A DNA stretch of 64,000 bases from the NCBI GenBank assembly GCA_039621445.1, contig CP154954.1:44557847-44621846 (forward strand). The letters are read 5' to 3'. Under the pieces are notes generated by a model, which worked only from the letters and a program-made list of their open reading frames with translations, was not told where the DNA came from and ran no database searches. The position numbers were made by a program, and so were the translations under genes. The stretch is from Euglena gracilis (Eukaryota). Below, piece by piece: positions 47,516-59,165 of the stretch (positions within the stretch are counted from its first letter, which is position 1; each line of letters starts with the position of its first letter).

Positions 47516-50500
47516 ATGACTGGTGCGTGGGGCATGGTGGTATGGTTCATCTGTCACGCTGCCTGGTCCTCCATGGCAGAGGGTGTGTTACTGCCCACCC
47601 CCAATTTTCGCAGCCTCCCCCCCCCCCCTGCAAACCCACCAACCTCACCACCAAGCGGCGCGCTGGCCAAGTCCTCGGAGGCCGGTAGTCCCCGTAAGGG
47701 AGGGGGTCACTGACCTGTTGCAGACGCCAGAGAGGAGGCATGGGGCTGGAGGATAGCAACGGGATCCTCCTCCTCCCAAACACCCACCATAGGCCACGTC
47801 ATTCGGATCGGGGGGGGGAGGCTGCGGAGGAACCCACGCTGAAAAGGCTGCTGGATGACCACCCCCTTGGGGGGAATGCTTTCCTCAAAAACCCAGTCAC
47901 TCACTTCCGACCTTGGGTCGTTGCCTCAGATCAGGAGTTATCCCGTTTGGCTTCCCCCCCCAAAAAAATGGCTGGCTTCGGTGGGTTGCTTTTGGCCGTC
48001 CAGAGATGACCCCCGCGGACTGGTATATATTTTAAAAAGATCAGAACAACCCTGAACCAAACGACTTGGGGAAGGGAAGGCAAACATTGTTATGCATTTC
48101 CCAATCTGGCTGTCATGGGCGCCGGGGGGGGGGGGCTGCGAGCACCGATTACGTCGAACACGAATTCAAATATGTCTTTAAGTACAGTCTGGACAAAAAT
48201 GACACACTGAAAAATAAAGGCAAAAATGATGGGAAAAATTGATGGGAAAAAAATGACTGGAAAATTTCGGTTTTGGAAATTTTGACTTTTAACAGAAAGT
48301 AGTAATAATTTTCCCACTTGTGAGGAAGGATATTCAGCAAAAATGACAATACAAAATTTCAAATGGTCTTCTGGGTGCATTTTTTGTGTTTTTTTTCATA
48401 AAAAAGTACCCCAAAATTGACCAAAAGTCATACTCCATCTTTTTGGATGTGAAATTTGACTACGCCTGAACACGGTTCCCCCAAAAGGGCGTAGACAAGG
48501 TATGGGGAGAAAAAAATGACTGGACAGAGAATGGAGAAAATTGGGTGTTTTCCCATCGTTTTTGTTTTCCCGTCATTTTTTGTCTGGACTGAATATTTAT
48601 TAAGCATCTGAGTTCATTGCCCAGCGGCATCACACGCCACCATGCAGGGAACAACATGGGGGTGGACGACAACTCGGACGTGTTGGGTCAGGCAGCCCTC
48701 AATGCTGCTGCCCTCCTCGTAACCCAAACCGCCTCCACCACAGACAAGTTATTGTTGTTGCAGTTGTTGTTGTTGTGGTTCCAGGCTTGTGCTCAGTCGG
48801 GTGCCTACACCACGGGGGGGGGGTGATAGGGGCAGGCACCTTATAGCCGACCCTCCGGGGTGTGGTAGGGTTTTTGGGGGTGCCTGCCCATAGCAGCCCT
48901 CCGACCCCGGTGCCAAAGGCATCGGGGGCCTGGAAAAGGCCATTTTCAATGAAAATTTTCTGGGTCCCCCCCGGACCCCCCCCGGGGGTGTGCCTGCTAG
49001 GGGCAGGCACCCTAGAGCACCCCCCCCCCCCCCCCCCGGTCCACAAGCATGTGTTGTTGTTGTTTCTGCTGCTGCTGCTGCTGCTGCTGTCTGATCTTTG
49101 CCTGGGGCAGGGAGGGGGGCCCAACAGACTGGACGTCGCCGTTGAATCAATTTTGCTTCATTTTGGTTCCTCTTTTTTTAAGAAAAAAATGACAGAGAAT
49201 GGCCAAAATTGGTTAAAAAAGCATAGTAAGAATGCAAAAAAAAATATAGAAAAGGTGGATGGCCCCTGAAAAATGGCCAGAAATAACCAGAAATGGCTAA
49301 AATTGGCGTAAATTTCTGAAAGAGGCTTGAGCTTTATGCAATATATCGCCTATAAGGTTGGCTCATAATTGTCAAAAGTCAAGAAAACGCCAAAGTGGCC
49401 AGCAATGGGCAAGGTGACAAAATTAGCTAAACGGACATAAACACCCAAAAATTGGCCATATACCCCCATTTATGGCCAAATTTCTGATTTTGGGTCCCTT
49501 CCTCCCAACTTGTCAAAGACCCCCCCCCCTCGCCGGCTGGAGTTGAACATTAGCTGTTTTGCGCCCCGCCCCGCCCCCCCCCCCCGGTCAGAGAAAAAAC
49601 GCTGGTTTGTGGAAAAGGAGAGGTTTTGACCCCCCAAAAAATCTGCTCTCCCCCCGAGTCCCCCCCCCTAGCCCCCCAGGGAAGAGTGTGCTCTGTGGGG
49701 TGGCAGGGAACCCAGAACCCAACCCAGACCGCCCATAGAGCCGCTGGAGCAGCGGCGGGCGCCAGCCGTGCCTCGACGACTGCCTCGCCACGCGCAGCTT
49801 CGCTGCGTGCCCCCCGCTCTTGGATTCACTTAACACCTGTGTGACCCCACCCCCCCCAAGGGGAGGGGGTTTGAGTGTGGGTGGTGGGTTGGGGCTGCCG
49901 GACCCCCATCCCCCCCGGGGGGGTGCACCATCGGTCAGGTTTTGGCCCGGCCAAAGGCCGGGCCGAAAACAATTTATCAAGGGTTTTCGGCTGATTTTGG
50001 CTGTACTTTGGGTGGGTGGGTGGGTGGTTGACCCCGGGGAGGGGCCTTGGGTCGGTGGGTTTCCAAAAAAGTGGGCGGTGGGTTTGGGTCCGGGAAAAAG
50101 TGCCCCCCCCCCCGGGGGGTCACCAAGCGAATCCATGGCCCCGCTGCCGGACGCCTGCCGGCAGTGCCTCGGCGTCTGCCTCGCCGTGCCGGGCGGCAGC
50201 ACGGCCTGTGTCACCCGCGGGGCGCTGTCCCTGTCGCGTGGATGCGTGCCGTAGTTTGGTCAGTTTCGGCGGTGGCGGCGGGGGATGTGTGCCGGGGAGC
50301 GGGGCGGGGAGCGGGGACCATCGCCCCGCGGCCCCGACCTCTGCCTGGCTGTGCCGGGGCCGTGCACCCCCTACACCCTCTGCCCCGGCGGTGGCGGGGA
50401 AACCGGAAGGCGGGGGCCGCGACTGACTTCCCCACCGAAGTTTGTACCGATGGTGCGCGGGGTCAGGGTGCAATGGACGGAGGGTGTACATTCAGGTGAG

Positions 50501-52052
50501 GGTCCCCCACCTCCCCCTTCTTGGACCGGATGGGGGCGGGGGGGGGGTCCGACCCGCCACCTACCAGGACCCACACCACCTTGGGGTCCCCCCAAAAGGT
50601 CAAAATTTTCCTTCCATCAATTTACGCCAAAAATTTTGGCAATTTTGCCAAAAAGTGTCCCCCAAAATGGCCCAGAATGGCATTTTTGGCTGATTTGGGG
50701 GGTGGGGGGCAAAATTCTTCGCCCGGCGTTTTGTGCCAGGGCGAAAAATTAGTCGCTCGGACAGCACCGCTGTTTGGGTGGTCGACCCCCCCCCCCTCCT
50801 GGACTGGGGGAGGGGCCGACCCACCCCCCACCTGCCCTCACATTGGACGGCAATGCATCCACAGACGGACATCAGCAGCTTTGAGGGCACACCTTTGCAT
50901 GTGCTTTAGGGCAAAATTATTGGACCACCCAGTTTTCCAACATTTTTCCCCACTATTTTATGCCCAATGTTTTCCTAGGCTCTCAAGAGAAACTGCTTCC
51001 TTGTTCACTTTTTGGGGGGACTAATTAGGATCATCATAAACATGAAGCCAAGATGGGCAGGAGAAGCAAATTTTTTTAAAAAAATCTTTTTTTGTTGTTG
51101 TTTTTGGAATTTCTTCGGCTGGAAAACTATGTGTTTACATCCAGCCTGAGCCCAGAGCAGGGATTTGAGGGCTCTTTGTGATCTCGTGCTCCCTGTCATC
51201 TGGCTGGGGCGGTTTTAACAGGCGAGGTGGTCATTTGCAAACCAAAACCCTTCCTGCCTGCCTCTCCCCAAGGCTGAATGGAAACCCTGGAAATTGCACA
51301 AGTGGTATGGAATAGGGGGAGGGGCTTCGCCCTTTCTCCATCGCCACCTATTTCCATTTGAGAAGGACCGATGGGCTTCTTCGCTGCGCCACGCCCAGGC
51401 TTCTTTTTAAGTCAGAAGACCCCCCCCCCTGGGAGGTAGGGGGGTGGGTCCGAGCCCCCCCGGGGGGGTCCCGCGCCGGAAGCGCCGGGTGTACGTTTCG
51501 GCAATTTCCAAAAATTGCCTTTAATGGGCCTGATTTTGGGGGGGGGGGGGGGGGGGGGTGAAGCCTGGGGGTGTTGTGGGGGCCTCAACCCAGCGTTTCC
51601 GCCGCCATGGGTGGGGGTTCGGGGGGGTGGGGGGATGTTCGGGACGAACGCCGGGCAGGGGTGGGGGGGTGGGGGCGGGGGGGGGGGGGGGGGGGGGAGG
51701 GGGGGGGGGGGGGGGGGGGGCGGGGGGGGGGGGGGAGGGGGGGGGGCGGGGGGGGGGGGGGGGGGAGAGGGGGGGGAGGATACGCAGGGCGCGTGGACCG
51801 GTGGGAACGGAGACAGCAGAGAGACGAATCCGGAAAAGGGCAGAACGGGAAGTATGACGTGCGTGGGGGGTGGGGGGTCGTACCAGAGGAGCACGGCGTT
51901 CTGCGGGTGGAGTGCAGGTCGAAAGGCTGACATGGGCCTGACATGAGCCGGGGGCAGGAGGCGGAGCGGGCGGCGCCGAGCCTCAGGGTGAGCGGAGAGG
52001 GCGGACCACGCCCCGACCCCGCGATTGCACCGGCGCCAACGAGCGGAGACGA

Positions 52053-52084
<32 letters not shown>

Positions 52085-52510
52085 AACACAAGGGTGGGAA
52101 AAGGCATCGAGATGACAGGTACCGGGAATCAAAGCGTCACGAGAGGAGCAAGGAATCCGAGTTGTACAAGAGGAGCAAGTCTTCGGAGCGTGATGAGCAG
52201 GATGAGGAGGGAGGGTCGTATGCCAGAGACTCGGAGTCCAAGAGCTTTGCCAAGAACAAGGAATCCGAGTTCTCTGAATACTCCAGGGATGGAAGCCGCC
52301 CCGGCACAGGCGGCTACCGTGACCGTGGCACGGATTCGGAAACGGAGCGCTATCAGAAGAGCAAGGAATCTGAGGACTACCACAAGAAGCAGGAATCGGT
52401 GTCCGCCGACCGGGATGGGGATGGCGGGTCGTACCAGAGGAGCACGGAGTCGGAGAGCTCGGAGAAGAGCAAGGAGTTCGAAAGCTACTCCTCCACCCGG
52501 GAAGGAACTA
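47516..52510 (+). CDS. Secreted Cys-rich protein gene 3 of unknown family. Exons ~47516-47575, ~48656-48750, ~49745-49815, 50143-50212, 50336-~50400; probably also the charged exon ~52042-52510
   Basis: MTGAWGMVVWFICHAAWS signal-like N-terminus; WSSGGRQPCLDDCLATRSFAACPPLPDACRQCLGVCLAVPGGSTACV|DLCLAVPGPCTPYTLCPGGGG is collinear with the paralog at 56802. Confidence 0.7.
49816..50142 (+). other. Nonconventional intron, 327 nt: MITE-like insert with 8-bp TSD, absent from paralog
   Basis: CTTGGATTCACTT/AAGCGAATCCATG termini; TSD CCCCCGCT/GCCCCGCT; empty site at 57584-91. Confidence 0.88.
50213..50335 (+). other. Nonconventional intron, 123 nt, shared with gene 4
   Basis: CCGCGGGGCG/CGCCCCGCGG perfect 10 bp; join GTC|GAC. 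Confidence 0.88.
50464..50845. mobile_element. Degenerate family-A-like MITE
   Basis: Starts CAGGGTGCAAT; internal CCAAAAGGTCAA and AATGGC blocks; right TIR and TSD not clear. Confidence 0.5.
52042..52510 (+). CDS. Highly charged Asp/Glu/Ser/Lys/Arg exon with poly-Asp and internal repeats
   Basis: SGDDDDDDDDDDDDEHKGGKRHRDD...SKESE and GGSY repeats; long open frame with coding-like composition. Confidence 0.7.
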
Positions 52511-53759
52511 CCCATCGGCGTGAGGGGGCGGAGGACATGGTTGGGCAGGGCTGTATGGGAAACCCTCTTGGGTTGATGGGAGGTGGGGGTCAACCACCCC
52601 CGCCCCCATCCTGCTTGCCAAGCTGGGCGATGCTGAGCGATGCTGGGCGATGCTGGCATTTTCTTGTACGTTTTGAAGAATTAAACCCATTTTTAGACTA
52701 ATGGGGGTACGTGCCCCCACCAGGACTTCCTGGATTCTTGGGGGGCACCGGCTCTTTGGGCAAGTTCTTCGTTGTGTATATGGTGCTGTGGTGAGTCGGA
52801 AGATGCGCATCACGCTGGACACCGTGGCCAGGCGGCTATTGCTTGTTTCCAGCCCAGCTTGTCGCATCCTCGAAACCCTCCCCCAAAAAGCTGTGTAATT
52901 TTGTCACTGTCGAATATTTTATATTGGGAGATCAATCGTGGGGGTCGACCCCCCTCCCCCCCAACCCCGCAGCCTGGCCTTTCTGGACAGCCCTGGGGCC
53001 GGGGCCGGGGAGGGGGTGGCCATGGGGCGGGTCCCCCCGTTGCTGGCGGAGGCGCTGCGGACCGGGGCCGCGGCCCACTCCGATTGCCCCCCTGCCGCTG
53101 CCGGGCGGTGGGCGTGTTGCTCGGCCTCGACCCTGTCAAGGGTGCCCGTGTACCTGGATGTACCTGTCCACTTCAGGAAATAATTGAGAAACGAAACGAC
53201 GGGCGAACACCGAAAAGGCCTTTTTTCAAAAAAAAATTCGGTGCCTTCGGCGTCGGACCCCCCGTCGGCATCGGACTCTCCGGGAAGTCAACATGTTCAG
53301 TTCAGTTCGGAAGTGAATTGGGGGGGGGGGTCCCAGCGGACCCCTCGAAACACAAGACCCTCGCTGAGAACCTTTTTTGGTTAGGTGGAGGTTTCTGTTA
53401 AGTTGCATGATTGCCGTTTGATGGCCTTTTTTAGGGGTGGACACAAGGCGTGGGGACTGATTGTATTTCTGAACATTTTTTTGTGCATTTCGAAAGTTCT
53501 GAAGCTTACTCGACTTCAGTTTCCTGTTGTATGCAGTCAGGTGGGACCCATTGCCCAAAATTATTTGCAGCCGATGGTCGACCGCACCACCATCCACAGG
53601 TTTTCATAAGCCCTGCCGCGGGGGGGGTTTGAAGAATACAAAATGGAATGTCCGCAGCATACAGTGCAGTGGGGGACTCTTCTGCTTTGTCAGCACATTC
53701 TTTGACCCAAGCAGCTGTATCGTCCCAAAGCCCATGCCCCAATAACTTTACTGCTGTTG

Positions 53760-54130
53760 TACGGTTGCCAAGCTCAATATGCAGTAAAGGCACCCATTGA
53801 AGCCCCGTGGACCGTCCCGCTGTTTGTGTTGGCCTTTGGAGCCAACATGGCTTGGGCGCCCTTGGCGCGGGGGTTCAAGCCAACTTCAAGCGAGCAGGCA
53901 CCCCCCGGCAGGCGGGCTGCCCCGGCCCCCAGCCCTGAGCTTCGGCTCGCACGCAACGCCCCGGGGCGACGGGAGTCCCCACCGCCCCCGCCGATGCGTA
54001 GCGCCGACGAATGGCTTGGCCGGCCGTCGCGTCCGCTGCGGGCTGCGCCGGGGTTGGCCGCCGGCGGCGCACGCGTCCGGGATTGGACGGCGTTGGTGCC
54101 AATGCCTGGGGACGTCTGCTCTCCCCCCGA
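53760..54130 (+). CDS. Possible exon(s), unknown product
   Basis: GC-rich open frame with a hydrophobic stretch (WTVPLFVLAFGANMAW); no recognised motif. Confidence 0.25.
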
Positions 54131-56390
54131 TTTCCATCGCACCCACCCGCCTTGGAATGGGTGGATGGATCTGAAGTGGAAAGGTCGTATTGTCCGGATA
54201 GGCATCCGAGGACCCCTGACGCCCCAGGCGCCCATGTGGTGCAGGCTGTACCTGGATGGTCCGGGGTGTCTGGACAGGTCGGTGGGACAGCATTTGCATG
54301 GTGGTCGACCGCACCACCATCCACAGGTTTTCATAAAGCCCTGCCCGGGGGGGGGGTTGGGTCCCGGATGGGTCTTACCCCCAGCCAAATTGCACCTGGA
54401 AATGCCTATTCCAGGCTGGCGGTGCCGAGGTTCTGCATCTCACACATCATACCCTGCCCTGAAACTGGACCCGCACCGGCCCCCCTCCCCCGTCCCCCCT
54501 TCACATGTTTCGGGTGCACCACCCCCCACAAACGTTTTCCTGCGGCGCCAAAGGCACAGAAGGATTCTGTTCGCAAACTGACATGTGGTGCCCCCCCCCA
54601 CCACCACAGCCCTGCCCCCGGGAGTTAGACACCTGCTGTTCGTGTTGGAATCCCAGAGACATTCTCGGACCGTTGCTGGGGAGGGGGGCGAATTCCGCCC
54701 CGGCCGGCTTTGCCAATGGCCGGATCCGGCGTGGCCCGGGGCCCAGGTGTTCCACTGACCGTCACCCCCCCCCCCCCCGAATGGCCCCCCTGAGGGGGAG
54801 GGGGCCCCCGAGGAGTATGGCCCGCGGCCTGCATAGCTGGTCGACGGCAGTCCGGCAGTACCACCGGCCCCGTGCCTGGGGGGGGGAGGTTTGCACTGCA
54901 GAGATGCCATTGAGGAGTGCAGGTGTATTGTGCCGGGACGAAAGTTGGTGGCGCTGGTGAAACCATCACTGGGAAAGTTGGCAATTCTAAACTTAAACAA
55001 TTTACACTGATTCAGGGCGGACATCTTTTTATAGAAACCGTTTTATATGAACGGTGTTTGGCGGGATTTGTTTGAACAGAGTTGGGACAAAGATGATGGG
55101 AAACACAAATGATGGGAAACCACCGAAATCTTTTGCATCATTTTCAGAACATTTTCTGCTGCATTTTGCTGATGTGCATTGAAGTGTGTATTTTCAGAAT
55201 TACCAGCACATTTCACACATCAAGAGATGGGTAATGGAATTTGCTTTGGCGATCTAAGTGAGTTGGGGGAAGAAACCCTCAAAAATCCATTTCTGGTCTG
55301 TTTGTTGAGCATAGAGTTTGTCTAATTTCATCAACCAACACAAGTTTTGAATTTTTTTAGATGATTTTGGTTTTCCATCATCTTTGGTTTCCCATCATTC
55401 TTTCCAGGTTGGATCCTGTACATCTGCATATTTTGAGTACAGCGCCATTTTCGACTGTGCCGCATTTCACTCACAAGTGGTGCTGGCCACCCTTTGTTTG
55501 GAATTGCCACCCAGTTGGCGCAGACCCACTGGTGGAAGACATGGCTGCCGAACTGGTTGTACATTCCCCCTCTCCTGTCAGCGCATCGTTATGGCTGTCG
55601 CAACGCACACCGTTTTGGCGGTCTGACGGCGGCTTCGTGTGCTGCAGTCACGGTATTTTTTTGCACTGGACCCCACCCTGCCCCCTGGGAGGTGGGGCTC
55701 CAGCCAGCCAGCCAACGCTTTTTTTCCCCACCAGAACTCCCAACTGGGCTGCGGATGCGGGGGGGGGGGGGTCGAACAGAAATAAAACCTCCGCAGCCTG
55801 GTGCAGCCAGGCTGGGCCGACAGAGTGTTTTCGGTACAAACCACTGAACATTTTTCAATCAATGGGTCCAAATGCTTAAAAGGGCCTTTTTATGAGGGTT
55901 TTCGCCTCAAAAGTTTTTTTTTTGTGTTTTCAACCCGGGCTTTTTTGCCCGGTTTTGGGAGCCAGCCGGGTGCAGGGTCCACTGTGAGTCACCGTTTCAC
56001 TTTGGGGAGGGCGTGGGGGGACTCCAACGCATCTGGGAGGGGGAGGGTCCTTCGGGACACGGGACGGGGTGGGGCACGGGGCAACGCCATCGAACAGCCG
56101 CAGTTGTGGGGGCGATTGAGAACTGACTGCGGCTGCTCATTTAGGAACGCCCCCGCTGCACTGCAAGTTAAACGAACATTGGGAAAGCCACAGAAATCGA
56201 TGAAGTCGTGGATCGCTGGATGGGGAGGAGGGCCATGCAGGAGGAGATCTATTTGCCACGAGTGGTTGTGGAATTCGAAATTCGGCATTGTCCCTCATCC
56301 CCCCCCATAAAAACTGACCGGAAGCTTGAATAATCCACCATCTTGTTTGGAAGCTTGCCGACAATAATCGCTAAATCAACTGTGTGTGTA

Positions 56391-56395
<5 letters not shown>

Positions 56396-56439
<44 letters not shown>

Positions 56440-56456
56440 GTGTGTGTGTGTGTGTG
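56396..56456. repeat. (GT)n microsatellite
   Basis: Direct reading. Confidence 0.9.
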
Positions 56457-56758
56457 ACACCTCAAGGAATTCCGCGAACCCCCTCTCCGGTCATATTCAA
56501 GCCGATGGGGCTTGTGGGGGATGGGGCGGGAAAAGTTTTTGGGCACAAAACCCATGGGTGCGGGTGCAGGTGTGGGTGTGGATGGCGTGTGTGTGCTGTG
56601 GGCATGGTGGGCAGGCAGTGGCTAGCCCCTGTAAAGAAAAGGCCCAGAGGACTGTTGTTCCGAGGCATGTCCTTAAACACCCCCCCGCCCCACCCAACTA
56701 ACCTTTTAGTGGGGGTTCGGAGCAACCCCGGCATATGACTCACACACCTCCACCACGT

Positions 56759-56772
56759 GTTTCTCTCCGCAG
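56759..56772 (+). promoter_or_regulatory. Putative trans-splice acceptor for gene 4
   Basis: GTTTCTCTCCGCAG, identical to the motif upstream of gene 3. Confidence 0.5.
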
Positions 56773-56801
56773 ACAGGCCTGCACTTGCGACCCCACTTTG
56801 G

Positions 56802-59165
56802 ATGAATGCCGCGTGGGGCATATTGCTGTGGTTCATCTCCCACGCCGTGTGGTGCTCCGGCGCAGCGGACGACGATCCTGATGCGATGCGCCGGGCCCTC
56901 CTCCGCGCGATGCGGCCGGGGGTGGCGGCCGGGGGCCCGGCGGCGGCCCCCCTCGTGACCCGGCCCGCCGTCGCCACAGACAGACAGGCAGGTTGCAGCA
57001 GTGATTGCTGTTGCCTGGGTGTTGGTGGAGGAGGAGGAGGAGGAGGTGGTGGTGGTGGTGGTGTCCTTGTCAGGCACAGACAGACAGAGCCCAACCCAGG
57101 CACACTGGCAAACCCTGCTTTTCCTTTCGGCCAACGGGAACAGGGTATTTTTTTTAAAAAAAGGCATCCCCCCCATGGAAATTCTCCTCCCCGGGAAATT
57201 GTCCTCTGTCTTGTTTGCACCCACCAAAGTCCTCATAGGGGCGGCGAAAAGAGCCAATACCCCACAGATATGACTACAAAATACCCAGAATGCAGAAACT
57301 GATGTAAAATGTGCAAGATTGTGAAGAAAAAGACTGTGTTCCTCCTGCCCCGGCCAGGAGACAATTTCCCGGGAGGGGAGTATGTCGTGTGTATCACGTA
57401 GGATAACTGTGTGTCGGATGTGTGTGTGGGATAGGAATGTGTGCATGAAATCATATTGGGTCGGATACAGAATGGAGGCACATTGTCACATGTTCACTCC
57501 AACCTTCCAATGCGGATTGGAGCGGCGGCGGGCACCAGCCGTGCCTCGACGACTGCCTCGCTATGCGCAGCTTCGCCGCGTGCCCCCCGCTGCCGGACGC
57601 CTGCCGGCGGTGCCTCGGCGTTTGTTACGAAGTGCCAGGCAGCAACGCCGCCTGTATCGCCCGCGGGGCGGTGGGCGGTGTGCAGTCCTCGTCAGGCTTT
57701 TGCTTAAGGGATTGCAGTACCCCGCCCCCCCCCCCCCCGGGGGGGCTGGACTGCAGCTAGTCCAAATTTGGCTATTTGGCTAGTGGGATTTATAGCAGAC
57801 CCCCCCCGGGGGGGTCTGCTAGCAGGGCTAGCTAGTGGAAAGATTTTTTCCAGTGACCGGCGCAAAGCGCCGGAAATTTTTTGGGACCCCCCAAAAATGG
57901 CCAAAAATGCCCGTTTTTGGCCATTTTTGGGAATTTTTGGAACAAAATCAGCCAAAAACCTGTAAAAGCCCTCATTTTTCCAGTCCGGGGGACCCCCGAA
58001 CCCCCCCCCCCCGGGGGGGGAGGGGGGTCCAGCTAGTCCACTTTTTCCAGTGTCTAGCCGATTGGCTAGCCAGTACCCCCCCCCGGGGTCCTTAAGCAAA
58101 AGCCTGGTCCTCGTGCAGGGGAAAGGTGCCCCCCCCCCGCGGGGGTCACTACCTACCCCCCCCCCCGGGAAACTGTCATGCCCGAGAACCTGTCAGGGTC
58201 CCCGGCACCGGCCAACCTGTCAGGGTCATTTTTCATTGACTTTCCCTTGAAATGCCCTACCCGGGAAACTGTCAGGGTCCCGCCCGGGAAATTGTCAGAG
58301 TCCCTGGTACCGGCCAACCTGTCAGTATAGGAAGTCGTCAGGGTCCCCGGTACTGGCCAACCTGTCAGGTGACAGACAGTTTCCCGGGGGGGGGGGGGTA
58401 GGTACCTCCCCCCCCCCCTTGTCCAACGACCGGGCTTGTCTAACGACCACCCCCCCGGTCAGAGACGATCTTTTTGTATACGATGTTGGTTCGGCCAAAA
58501 TTGCTAAAAGTTGGCTAAAAACAGTCAAAAATAGCCCAAAATGGCCTAAAATGGCCAAAGGATGGCCAAAAGTGCCCAAAAAGTTGCCAAAAATAGCAAA
58601 AATAAGGCAAAAAATGGCCAAAAGTAGCCAAAAACAGCCTAAAGTGGCCAAAAATGGGCAAAGGGGGCCAAAGTGTGGCCAACAGTTGCCAAAAGTGACC
58701 AAAAGCGACCAAACATGGCGAAAAGCGGTCAAAAATACCTAAAAATTCCCAAAAGTGCCCCAAAAATGTCCAAAAATGGCCAAAAGTGGCCTACCGTAGT
58801 CAAGAAATAGCATAAATGGCCAAAAACAGCCCAAAAATGGCCATATACCCCTATCTATGGTAAATTTTCCTCCGATTTGGGGTCCACCCCCCTTGTCTAA
58901 CGACCACCCCCCCTGGTCGGAGACGAACATTGGCCATTTTAGCGACCGCCCCCCCCCCGGTCGGAGACGAACATTAGTGGTCGTTGGACAAGGGGGGGGG
59001 GGAGGTATGTAAATCTGTGCTCATGGTGCGCGCGTTTGCGCTCCGGTGCACAGTGGTGTGCGGGGGTTCCACCGCTCCGCGGTGTCGACCTCTGCCTGGC
59101 GGCGCCGGGGCCGTGCACCCCCTATGTCCTGTGCCCCGGCGGCGGGGGGGGGGGGGAGGGGGGCG
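56802..59165 (+). CDS. Secreted Cys-rich protein gene 4, paralog of gene 3. Exons ~56802-56985, ~57518-57658, 59087-~59165; likely continues downstream
   Basis: MNAAWGILLWFISHAVWCSG signal-like; WSGGGHQPCLDDCLAMRSFAACPPLPDACRRCLGVCYEVPGSNAACI|DLCLAAPGPCTPYVLCPGGGG. Confidence 0.75.
57693..58106. mobile_element. MITE family C, 8-bp TSD
   Basis: TIR CAGGCTTTTGCTTAAGG/CCTTAAGCAAAAGCCTG; TSD GTCCTCGT. Confidence 0.93.
58405..59005. mobile_element. MITE family D, near-identical copy
   Basis: Same TIRs, TA flanks and internal GGCCAAAA arrays. Confidence 0.9.

Larger units (their letters stand above)
57659..59086 (+). other. Nonconventional intron, 1428 nt, containing two nested MITEs
   Basis: CCGCGGGGCGGTGG/CCACCGCTCCGCGG 14-bp stem; join ATC|GAC; same position as intron 50213. 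Confidence 0.88.

Noticed and set aside
57693-58106. MITE C as a stand-alone intron in a coding exon
   Set aside because: Paralog alignment shows it lies inside the larger intron 57659-59086
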